The position numbers were made by a program, and so were the translations under genes. From Candidatus Latescibacterota bacterium (lineage in GTDB: Bacteria; Latescibacterota; UBA2968): 64,000 nucleotides of DNA. The notes beneath the pieces were generated by a model. That model was not told where the DNA came from and did no database searches. It saw only the letters and a program-made list of their open reading frames with translations. Positions 38,878 through 48,265 of this stretch are shown here, piece by piece. Location of the stretch: the NCBI GenBank assembly GCA_965204375.1, contig OZ241986.1, positions 4,736,001 through 4,800,000 of the forward strand, read 5' to 3'. Every line of letters starts with the position of its first letter. The first letter of the stretch is position 1.

Positions 38878-41214
38878 TCACTCATCTCTCAACGCATCCG
38901 CCGGGTTTGCGCGTGCGGCTTTGAAGGCTTGGGTGGTGACGGTTGTGAGTACGACGAGGAACATCGCTACGCTGCCGAGTAAGAATGCGTCCACTCCCAA
39001 TTCAGTGCGGTAGGCGAATATTTGCAACCATTGATTGGTCGCGTAATAGGCGATGGGGAATGCGATGAGGCTTGATAGGGCGATGTAGAGGACAAATTCT
39101 CGTGAGAGCAGAGATAGGATTTGCGCCTGGGATGCGCCTAAGACTTTGCGAATGCCGATTTCTTTGGTGCGTCGTGCGACAGCTAATGCCGCCAGTCCGA
39201 ATGCGCCGAGTGCGGCGATGAAGATGGCGAATCCCGTGGCGTATTGGATCATCTGGTTCCAGCGTTCTTCTTTTTTGTATTGTTTGTCTAAGTGTTCATC
39301 GATGAATGAGAAGTTGAATGTCTGGTTGGGGGCGACTTCTGCCCATTTTTCTTTTATAAATGCGATGGTGCCCGGCACGTTTTCGGGGTGAATGCGAACC
39401 AACAAGCGTCCAGTGTATATACCGAGTGGCAGGACAGCGGGTGCAATTTTGTGATGCAGGGAGTTAAAATGGAAATCGCGGACAACACCGATGATGGTTT
39501 TGTCTCGTCCATGTTTGATTGTTTTGCCAACGGGATCTTCTATGCTGAATTTTTGGACGAGTGCCTCGTTGACAAGGATTGATTCTTTGGCATCTGTTGG
39601 AAATTCTCTGTCGTATTCTCGACCTGCAACCAACTTTATGCCGAGTGTTTTGAATAGGTCGTAATCAATGCGGATGTTCTCAACGTATTGCTTTGGACTT
39701 CCTTCATAAGTTACATCAGCCCGGGAACTCATGGTGCTGCTTAGATAATGATTGAGCCAGGTCGTGCTGATCACTGAGGGATGTGACAGCAGTTCATCCC
39801 GAAAAACGTTTGGCAGGGTTTTGTTTTCTCTTTGCAATGCACGGGTCTGAATAGCGACGACGTGTTCGGTTTGATACCCCAGGGGTTTGGTTCGCAAAAA
39901 GGTGAGTTGTTGGGCCATCATCAGGGTGGTGATGATGAAGAATATGGATAGGGCAAACTGAAAAATGACCAGTATTTTGCCAAAACGATTGCCCGTTTTA
40001 ATTTGCAATCTGCTCGCGATGATTTGGGTTGGCTGTAGGCGGGATAGGATAAAGGCGGGATACCCCCCTGCTGTGATGCCCACGATGGTGACGAGAAGAA
40101 TGAGAAAGGCGAGTGTTGTAAGATTGAGGCCGTCGCTCAGGGATAGGGATTTTCCGGCCAGATTGTTGAATGTTGGCAATGTGAGTTCTGCTATGGCAAT
40201 GCCAACGATGAGCGCGATGAGGATGAGTAAGAGCGATTCGCCGATAAATTGGTTTGCGATCTGCATGCGCCCTGCGCCGACGACTTTTCGCAAGCCGACT
40301 TCTCGCGCCCGCGTTGCCTGTCGTCCGAGGGTTAAGGTGATGAAGTTGACACAGGCGATAAATAGCACGAGGATAGCAATGCCCGATAGAATGTATGAAT
40401 AAACTGGATTACTGCTATTACGCACCCCCATATTTTGAGCAAAATGCATTTGGGTGATGGGTAGAAGTTTGAGTTGGTTTTCGCTCTTTTCACCCCACCA
40501 GATTTTGGTCAATCTGGGAAATTGCTGTTCGACACTATTTGGAGATACATTTTGGGGGAGCATCATATACGTAGCCAGATAGTATATATTCCATTGGTTT
40601 TTGACTTGGACCCAGGAGGCCCGTTCAAATGGCAGTAGTGCGTCAAATTGAATTGTGGAATTTTTGGGTACGTTTTTTACAATGCCCGTGATGGTGTAGT
40701 TTTGAATTTCCTCTCCGCGCTGAATTGGAAGCACTTCTCCAACCGGGTTGGCGTTGTTGAAATACTTCTGCGCGGTTTTTTCTGTTATGATTACAGAATA
40801 CTTGTCCTGGAGTGCTTGAGTGAAATCGCCGTGAATGACTGAGAAAGAAAAAATGTCGAGGAAGTTGGAATCGACAAACCCCAAATTCGCTTGAAAAGCG
40901 CGATCTTGTGTACCAATTTTACCCCCGCTACCTCTGAAACGAACCGTCTGCATTGCGGGGAATGCTTCTGTTAATGCGGGTCCGAGGGGATCTGGTGTTA
41001 TACCAGAAACCCGATAGATGCGGTCGGCGTTTTTGTGAAAGGTGTCGTAGGTCCATTCGTTGTAGGTAAAGAGGTAGGTGAGGATGCAGAAGGCGAGGCC
41101 AATGGCAATGCCGATGATGTTAATGGCAGAGTAGATGCGGTGTCTGGCGAGGTTGCGGATCGCTGTTTTCAGGTAGCTACTGAATAAAGATATTTTAGCA
41201 CCTGCTTTGAACAT
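38878..41214 (-). CDS. ABC transporter permease (copy 9, subfamily B)
   Basis: AGGAGGT RBS before ATG 41214; conserved motifs. Confidence 0.92.
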   Translation of the reverse strand: MFKAGAKISLFSSYLKTAIRNLARHRIYSAINIIGIAIGLAFCILTYLFTYNEWTYDTFHKNADRIYRVSGITPDPLGPALTEAFPAMQTVRFRGSGGKIGTQDRAFQANLGFVDSNFLDIFSFSVIHGDFTQALQDKYSVIITEKTAQKYFNNANPVGEVLPIQRGEEIQNYTITGIVKNVPKNSTIQFDALLPFERASWVQVKNQWNIYYLATYMMLPQNVSPNSVEQQFPRLTKIWWGEKSENQLKLLPITQMHFAQNMGVRNSSNPVYSYILSGIAILVLFIACVNFITLTLGRQATRAREVGLRKVVGAGRMQIANQFIGESLLLILIALIVGIAIAELTLPTFNNLAGKSLSLSDGLNLTTLAFLILLVTIVGITAGGYPAFILSRLQPTQIIASRLQIKTGNRFGKILVIFQFALSIFFIITTLMMAQQLTFLRTKPLGYQTEHVVAIQTRALQRENKTLPNVFRDELLSHPSVISTTWLNHYLSSTMSSRADVTYEGSPKQYVENIRIDYDLFKTLGIKLVAGREYDREFPTDAKESILVNEALVQKFSIEDPVGKTIKHGRDKTIIGVVRDFHFNSLHHKIAPAVLPLGIYTGRLLVRIHPENVPGTIAFIKEKWAEVAPNQTFNFSFIDEHLDKQYKKEERWNQMIQYATGFAIFIAALGAFGLAALAVARRTKEIGIRKVLGASQAQILSLLSREFVLYIALSSLIAFPIAYYATNQWLQIFAYRTELGVDAFLLGSVAMFLVVLTTVTTQAFKAARANPADALRDE

Positions 41215-41297
41215 TTTACACCTCCTATAAATACAGAATTGCAAAACCACTGGAAATTCACGATATTTAAAATTATATCGTCTTCTAAACTCCAACT

Positions 41298-41537
41298 ATG
41301 AGAGATAAAATGCACAAAATCTCCCTAACAGAAGCAGAAACCTGCCTTGCTGAACTGGTTAAAGAAGCGACAAGTGGCGAAGAAGTCATTATTACTCAGA
41401 CAGATGGCTCTGTAGTTAAGCTTGTGGCAGTCTCGTCCAAACAACCAGTTCCAAAATTCGGCAGTGCAAAAGGGCTTGTTAAAATGTCAGATGATTTTGA
41501 CGAACCTCTTGAAGATTTCGAGGATTATGCCCTGTGA
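41298..41537 (+). CDS. Phd/YefM-type (DUF2281-like) antitoxin
   Basis: EAETCLAELV...GEEVIIT...FGSAKGLVKMSDDFDEPLEDF. Confidence 0.85.
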   Translation: MRDKMHKISLTEAETCLAELVKEATSGEEVIITQTDGSVVKLVAVSSKQPVPKFGSAKGLVKMSDDFDEPLEDFEDYAL

Positions 41538-41926
41538 AGTTGCTTCTCGACACGCACACGTTTCTTTGGTTTATCAATGGGGATGCCAATCTCAGTGCCG
41601 CTGCCAGACAACTAATCGAAAATCATGAGAATGAGCGCCTATTGAGCATTGCGAGCCTGTGGGAGATGGCAATAAAGGTCAGTATTGGAAAACTGGAACT
41701 GAACATTTCCTTTGCTAACTTATTGGAACAACAAATCACCGGAAATGCGATTGATCTCCTTCATATTAGTCCTGCCCATCTCGATGTTCTCAAAACCCTT
41801 TCCTTTCATCATCGCGACCCCTTTGACCGCCTCATCATTGCTCAAAGTATTGTTGAAAATGTCCCGATTTTAAGTCGAGATATAACATTTGATTTATATC
41901 CGATTGAACGAAGGTGGACGACCTGA
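41534..41926 (+). CDS. vapC: VapC PIN toxin
   Basis: LLLDTHTFLW, SIASLWEMAIK, HHRDPFDRLIIAQ; GTG start overlapping the antitoxin stop. Confidence 0.92.
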   Translation: MKLLLDTHTFLWFINGDANLSAAARQLIENHENERLLSIASLWEMAIKVSIGKLELNISFANLLEQQITGNAIDLLHISPAHLDVLKTLSFHHRDPFDRLIIAQSIVENVPILSRDITFDLYPIERRWTT

Positions 41927-41935
41927 CCTGATAGC

Positions 41936-44350
41936 TCACTCATCTCGCAACGCATCCACGGGATTGCGGCGCGCGGCTTTCAGTGTTTGAAAATTCACTG
42001 TCAACAACGCGACTAACAGGGTCAGTATCCCGGCGAGGCCAAAAACGCCTATGCTCAGTTCAATGCGATATGCGAAGTTGGTCAACCATTGATTCATCAT
42101 CCAGTAGGCAACAGGATAGGCGATGATGTTGGCGACCAGTAGTAACTTGATAAAATCTCTGGAAAACAACCACATCACATGATGGACAGAAGCCCCCAGC
42201 ACTTTCCGAATCCCAATCTCCTTTGTCCGCCGCGCAACCGCCAGCGACGCCAGTCCGAATAATCCCAAACACGAAAGCAGGACAGCCACGAGAGCCGAAT
42301 GGCTCAATACGCGAAACCAATAGACCTCATTGGCATACTGTTGATTCAGGTTTTCATCCAGAAACGAGAGTTCAAAAGGCATATTGGGTGCAACTTTTTC
42401 CCAGGTGTTTTTGAGCATCCCAATCGTTTCAAAAATTTGGTCTGAGCGCAGGCGAACCAGCAAAGATGGATAAGTTCTGTATTTTTCCATCACCAATGCC
42501 ACCGGCTCAATTGGTCGATGCAAAGATTCTATGTGAAAATCGCGCACCACACCAATAATAATGGGGTCTTCAACGCCTTCCCGGCTATAGCCTGCATTCC
42601 AACCAAAACCCGTCAGCGTTTCTCCTACCGGATTTTCAAAGAATTGCTTTGCCAGCGTTTCGTTGATCAAGATTGCTTTAGTCATATCTGACGGATGATC
42701 TTTTGAAAAATCTCGGCCCTCGACCAGTGAAATTTCTAACGTGGATAGATAATCGACATCTACGCCAATCACCCTGAAGGTAATCTTTCTGCCATCAGGC
42801 AATTTATAAGGGTACGTGGAATAACCCATTACTGAGGGTGGACGATCCGTAATTGTAACACCCGCAATGCGTGAGTCGTTTACAATGGCTTCCTTATAGG
42901 GTTTTGCCAACTGTCGACGACCTGTCTGAATAACAACGACCTGCTCTTTGTTAAAGCCCAGGTTTTTGTTACGCACATAATCCTGCTGTTGAATCATCAC
43001 ACCTGTGCCAATGATGAGGGCTATGGATGTCGCATATTGCAGAATGATTAACGTGCGCGTCAAAAAGTTGCGCCCACCAAGGCGCGCTTCGCCTTTTATG
43101 GCTAAAACAGGTTGAAACCGCGATAAGACCAGAGCGGGATAACTGCCAGCGATTAGTCCGACAATGCCGAGCAGGAGCAGCAATACCCACCAATCGCCAA
43201 AATAAGCGAGGGTCAATTTTTGATGTACAAATCCGTTGAATACGGGCAAAAGGATTTCGGCAAGTGCAGTGCCCACGAGTAAGCCCAAAAAGCACAACAC
43301 CAGTGCTTCGCTCCAGAACTGCTGAATAATCTGACCTCGCTTGGCGCCTACCACTTTGCGCAATCCCACTTCTTTTGCCCGCCCGGAAGATTCTGCGACC
43401 GATAGGGTAATAAAGTTGCTGCACGCAATGAGCAAGACCAGCCATGCAAGCCCCCACAAGATATAAACCCCTGTTGGATTGCCCTGCGGTCCATAGCGAT
43501 TGGGAATGTCTGTATTCCAGTACACATCCGTCAGGGGTTGAAGAATAAAGTTAAATGGTTCGCTTTTGGATCTATCTTCCCGCAACTTTTCTTTTTTTGA
43601 CCAATGGTTGAGATCGTCAATTACGCGAGAAGCATTTGTTTCATCTATTTGCACAAAAATCCATGCACAGGCACCACGGCTTCTTGCAAGAGGGAAACCT
43701 TTTTCAGCTTTTGTCGAAACCAACACATCGAATTGAAGACTCGATGTTGTAGGCACATCTGCCATAACACCTGTCACGACAAATTGCTTATTGTTTGCGG
43801 TCAGTGCTTGCCCTATTAGCGCGTTGTAATCCTGTACATCTCCAAAAAATTTGTGTGCAATGGTTTCAGTAATCACCATGCCATCTGGTCGGGTAAGTAC
43901 AGTCTCTGGATTCCCGACCAGCAGTGGAAACGTGAACATTTGAAAGAAATTTGTGCTCACAATCCCAATGTCCTGTGGGAATGTCTTTTCATCCCTTGTG
44001 ATTTTCGCCCACCTACTCTCCCATCCACTACTGCGAATCCGCATAAATGCACAGGCTTGTTCAACACCAGGCATTTCATCTTTTAACGCATCGACAACCC
44101 AAAGCAGATGCACAGTATCCCAGAGATTAAATGGAATCGCCTTCCCGTCCGGTTGAAGTCTTTGCGCTACCAACCGAAACATCTGATCGTGGTTCTCGTG
44201 AAACTGATCGCGTGACCATTCGTGTTTGACAAACAGAGCCATCAAGATACAGCAGGCAAGTCCCAGCCCGAGGCCGAACACATTGATGAATGTGTAGAGC
44301 TTCTTTCGCATTAAATTGCGAATCGCAACGGTTAGATAATTTTTGATCAT
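41936..44350 (-). CDS. ABC transporter permease (copy 10)
   Basis: MIKNYLTVAIRNLMRKK start with GGAGG RBS; conserved motifs. Confidence 0.93.
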   Translation of the reverse strand: MIKNYLTVAIRNLMRKKLYTFINVFGLGLGLACCILMALFVKHEWSRDQFHENHDQMFRLVAQRLQPDGKAIPFNLWDTVHLLWVVDALKDEMPGVEQACAFMRIRSSGWESRWAKITRDEKTFPQDIGIVSTNFFQMFTFPLLVGNPETVLTRPDGMVITETIAHKFFGDVQDYNALIGQALTANNKQFVVTGVMADVPTTSSLQFDVLVSTKAEKGFPLARSRGACAWIFVQIDETNASRVIDDLNHWSKKEKLREDRSKSEPFNFILQPLTDVYWNTDIPNRYGPQGNPTGVYILWGLAWLVLLIACSNFITLSVAESSGRAKEVGLRKVVGAKRGQIIQQFWSEALVLCFLGLLVGTALAEILLPVFNGFVHQKLTLAYFGDWWVLLLLLGIVGLIAGSYPALVLSRFQPVLAIKGEARLGGRNFLTRTLIILQYATSIALIIGTGVMIQQQDYVRNKNLGFNKEQVVVIQTGRRQLAKPYKEAIVNDSRIAGVTITDRPPSVMGYSTYPYKLPDGRKITFRVIGVDVDYLSTLEISLVEGRDFSKDHPSDMTKAILINETLAKQFFENPVGETLTGFGWNAGYSREGVEDPIIIGVVRDFHIESLHRPIEPVALVMEKYRTYPSLLVRLRSDQIFETIGMLKNTWEKVAPNMPFELSFLDENLNQQYANEVYWFRVLSHSALVAVLLSCLGLFGLASLAVARRTKEIGIRKVLGASVHHVMWLFSRDFIKLLLVANIIAYPVAYWMMNQWLTNFAYRIELSIGVFGLAGILTLLVALLTVNFQTLKAARRNPVDALRDE

Positions 44351-46045
44351 GAGAATTTCCTCCCATTGTTCACTATTCATCTCTCAGGGAATCCGCCGGA
44401 TTTGCGCGTGCGGCTTTGAGGGTTTGGGCGGTGACCGTTGTGAGCACGACGAGGAACATGGCGACGCTGCCGAGTAAGAAGGCACCAATACCCAATTCAG
44501 TGCGGTAGGCGAATATTTGCAACCATTGATTGGTCGCGTAATAGGCGATTGGGAATGCGATGAGGCTTGATAGGGCAATGTAGAGGACAAATTCTCGTGA
44601 GAGCAGGGACAAGATTTGCGTTTGTGATGCGCCCAATACTTTGCGAATGCCAATTTCTTTGGTGCGTCGCGCAGCGGCCAGTGCTGCGAGTCCGAATGCG
44701 CCGAGTGCGGCGATGAAGATGGCGAATCCCGTGGCGTATTGGATCATCTGGTTCCAGTATTCTTCCCTTTGGTATTGGTTGTTTACGCCTTCATTGAGAA
44801 ATGAGAAGTCGAATGTCTGGTTGGGTGCGACCTTTTCCCACTGTTTTTTGATAAATGCGATGGTGCCCGACACATTTTCGGGTTGAATGCGAACCAGCAG
44901 GCGATTATGCATTGGAAAGATGTACAGAATAGCGGGCACAATTTTGTGATGCAGGGAGCGAAAATGGAAATCCCGGACAACGCCGATGATGGTCCTGTCT
45001 CGTCCAGCGTTGATTGTTTTGCCAATGGGATCTTCTATGCCGAGTGTTTTGACCAGTGACTCGTTGACAATGACCGCTTCTTCTTTATCGGTTGGAAATT
45101 CTTTAGAAAATGCGCGACCTGTGACGAGTTTGATGTCGAGTGTTTTGAACAGATCGTAATCTATCTGAATATTTTCAACGCGTTGCTTTGGGCTTCCTTC
45201 ATAGGTTACACTGGCTCCATACTGTCCTCTGTTGTTTAATGGGTGACTGAGCCAGGTTGTGCTGATCACTGAGGGATGCGACAGCAGCAAATCCCGAAAA
45301 ACATTTGGTAGGGTTTCGTTTTCTTCTTCGAGGTCATAGGTCGAGATGGCGACAACGTGTTCGGTTTGATATCCCAGGGGTTGGGTTCGCAAGTATGTGA
45401 GCTGGTTGCTCATCATCAGGGTGGTGATGAGCAAAAATATGGATAAGGCGAACTGAAAAACGATCAGTGCTTTGCCAAAGCGATTGCCCGTTTTGATTGT
45501 AAATCGGTTTGTTATGATTTGGGTTGGCTGGAATCGGGACAGGATAAAGGCGGGGTACCCTCCTGCTATGATGCCTACGAGGCTGACAAGCAGAATGAGA
45601 AAGGCGAGTGTTGTGAAATTCATACCGTCGCCCATGGACAGGGATTTTCCAATTAAGTTGTTGAATGTTGGCAGGGCGAGTTCTGATAGGGCGATGCCAA
45701 CGATGAGTGCGATGAAGATGAGCAAGAGCGATTCGCCGATAAATTGATTTGCGATCTGTATGCGTTTTGCGCCGACGACTTTTCGCAAGCCGACTTCTCG
45801 CGCCCGCGTTGCCTGTCGTCCGAGGGTCAGGGTGATGAAGTTGACACAGGCGATAAATAGCACCAGCATTGTGATGCCAGATAAAATGTATGAATAGACT
45901 TTTTGAACAAAGGGCCTTTGGGTAAAGGGCTGAAGTTTGAGTTGTTTTTTACTTTTTTCTCCCCACCAGAGTTTGACATATTTGGGAAATTGTTGTTCGA
46001 TGCTCTTTGGGGATACATTCGGGGGGAGCATCATATACGTCGTCA

Positions 46046-46974
46046 GAAGCTGTTTTAAAATTATGGAGAAATAAAAAAAAGAGTTGAAAAAGCGTATTCA
46101 TCAGTCCAAATTTAGGGTATCCAAAAACCTTAAAAAGAAAGGACATGCGATGAATACGCCAAGACAATATCCGACAAATGTCACCCAAGCGCAATGGCAA
46201 CTGCTGATCCCCTTGTTGCCCAAACGCAAATGGCAAAAAGGAGGTCCCGGACGTCCACCTGCCAATTTGCGACGCGTGTTTGATGGCATCCTGTATCTGA
46301 CGAAGACGGGCTGCCAATGGCGCATGCTGCCTCATACCTTTGGCTGTTGGCAAACCGTGTATGGCTATTTCAACAAATGGCGCGAGCAAGACATCTTTCA
46401 GCAGGTGCAACAAGCACTCTCACGTAGGGAGCGCAAACGGCAAGGGCGCAAGCCTGACGCATCAGCAGGCTGTATTGACAGCCAAAGTGTTAAGACAGCA
46501 ACACAAGCAGACTCAAAGGGTTACGATGCGGGAAAGAAGATCAATGGACGAAAACGCCATCTGCTTGTCGATACCCTCGGACTGGTCATCAGCACCTATG
46601 TCTCACCGGCTAATCTCCAAGATCGTGATGGCCTCAAAAAGGTGCTCAATCAGTATTTTGAAACAGGCGTGACACGCTTACGCAAGCTGTGGGTTGATGG
46701 CGGATATCGCGGCGAAGACCTCAAGGAATGGGTCGCTGATAGAAAACAAACACATAAGATTGATCTTGAGGTCGTTACCCCAAAAGGGGAAGGCTTTCAA
46801 ATAGTCAAACGCCGTTGGGTCATTGAACGCACCTTTGCTTGGTTATTCAATTTCCGCCGACTGTCAAAGGATTATGAACGCTTAACGGACAACAGTGAAG
46901 CCTTTATTCACATCGGTATGATTTATCTCTTAATTAACAGACTTGCTTAAACGCCAGGGTTTTAAAACAGCTTC
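46046..46974 (+). mobile_element. IS5-family insertion sequence (IS1031-like), 929 bp
   Basis: 15-bp perfect TIR GAAGCTGTTTTAAAA (46046-46060 / 46960-46974); 3-bp target duplication TCA (46043-46045, 46975-46977). Confidence 0.95.
46150..46950 (+). CDS. IS5-family DDE transposase
   Basis: YPTNVT..QW, TGCQWRMLP, IDSQSVKT, GYDAGKKINGRKRHLLVDTLG, WVDGGY, RWVIERTFAW, RRLSKDYE. Confidence 0.95.
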   Translation: MNTPRQYPTNVTQAQWQLLIPLLPKRKWQKGGPGRPPANLRRVFDGILYLTKTGCQWRMLPHTFGCWQTVYGYFNKWREQDIFQQVQQALSRRERKRQGRKPDASAGCIDSQSVKTATQADSKGYDAGKKINGRKRHLLVDTLGLVISTYVSPANLQDRDGLKKVLNQYFETGVTRLRKLWVDGGYRGEDLKEWVADRKQTHKIDLEVVTPKGEGFQIVKRRWVIERTFAWLFNFRRLSKDYERLTDNSEAFIHIGMIYLLINRLA

Positions 46975-47686
46975 TCAGGTAATATACATTCCATCGGTTA
47001 GGGGCGCGCATCCCGGGGTGAGGTTCAAATGGCAGTAGTATGTCAAATTGAAGTGTGGAGTTTTTGGGCACGTTTTTCACGATGCCCGTGATGGTGTAGT
47101 TTTGAATTTCTTGATCGAAGTACTGAATTGGAAGCACTTCTCCAACCGGGTTGGCGTTGTTGAAATACTTCTGAGCGGTTTTTTCTGTTATGAGTGCTGA
47201 ATACTTGTCTTGAAGGGCCTGGGCAGGATCGCCATGAAGGATTGGAAAAGAGAAAATATCGAAGAAGTTGGGATCGGCAAATCCCACATGTGCTTCAAAA
47301 ATGCGATCTTCTGTACCAATTTTTCCCGTTAGGTACGGAGAATGATAGACACGAACTGTCTGCATTGCGGGGAATGCTTCTGCTATTGCGGGTCCGAGGG
47401 GGTCTGGCGATACACCAGAAGCGCCGGGAGAAACCAGATAGATATTGTCGGCGTTTTCGTGAAAGGTGTCATAGGTCCATTCGTTTTGGACAAAGAGGTA
47501 GGTGAGGATGCAGAAGGCGAGGCCGATGGCAATGCCGATGATGTTAATAGCAGAGTAGATGCGGTGTCTGGCGAGGTTGCGGATCGCCGTTTTCAGATAG
47601 CTACTGAATAAAGATATTTCAGTGAACATTGGTCTCTCCTGTGTATGGTGTGGCGTAAACTCTATATTTTATTTTATCAGGTGCGA

Positions 47687-48265
47687 TCAGCCCGCCCAGC
47701 CTCCCAGTTGTTTTTCCAATGCGCGTTTTAGCTGATGGCGTCCGCGGTGGAGCCAGATTTTCACAGAGCCGAGGGGTGCTTGCATTTCCCATACGATTTC
47801 GCGGTAGGACAGTTCTTTTATGTAGCGAAGCCACATTGCGCGTTGTTGTGTCTGGGGCAATGTGCGCAGGCCCTGTGCTATGAGTTGATGGCGTTCTTTT
47901 TTTATGATGCTATCTTCTGGTGTTGTCAGAGTAATTGGTTCGGGCATTTGTCGCGCTGCTGTTTCCATACCATCTTTTCGGGACAGCCGGGACCGGAGGT
48001 GTGACCGCCCGACGTTGATGGCAATGCGCGTTAGCCATGTTGTGAATGCCGATTTGCCGCGAAACTGGCGCAGGCTCTGAAAGACTTTCATGAATACCAC
48101 CTGCATCAGGTCTTCGGTTTCCTCGCGGTCCTGCACATATCGCCCGACAATGGCGCGTACGCGGCTCTGGTGCAAATAGTAGAGTTTGCCAAACGCGCTT
48201 TTGTCGCCGGCTTTTATCATGTGGACCAATTGCACATCGTTTTCTATGTCTGATTGTTTATTCAT
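47687..48265 (-). CDS. ECF RNA polymerase sigma factor
   Basis: GDKSAFGKLY, EDLMQVVF, FRGKSAFTTWLTRIAIN, LSYREI...GSVK; start overlaps the stop of permease 12. Confidence 0.92.
   Translation of the reverse strand: MNKQSDIENDVQLVHMIKAGDKSAFGKLYYLHQSRVRAIVGRYVQDREETEDLMQVVFMKVFQSLRQFRGKSAFTTWLTRIAINVGRSHLRSRLSRKDGMETAARQMPEPITLTTPEDSIIKKERHQLIAQGLRTLPQTQQRAMWLRYIKELSYREIVWEMQAPLGSVKIWLHRGRHQLKRALEKQLGGWAG

Larger units (their letters stand above)
44373..47629 (-). pseudogene. ABC transporter permease (copy 11, subfamily B) interrupted by IS
   Basis: The 5' part ends ...WNVYYL and the 3' part resumes TTYMMLPP; removing the IS and one TCA restores the frame, matching copy 9 (WNIYYLATYMMLP). Confidence 0.93.

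Noticed and set aside
44351-44380. Extended N-termini in the ORF track (e.g. MNSEQWEEIL on permease 10; also 17098, 38291, 41295, 52153)
   Set aside because: RBS position and paralog alignment favour the downstream ATGs.
14621-47629. Diversity-generating retroelement acting on permease paralogs
   Set aside because: No reverse transcriptase in the window, no short template/variable repeat pair, and differences are spread along whole genes rather than evidently adenine-specific.
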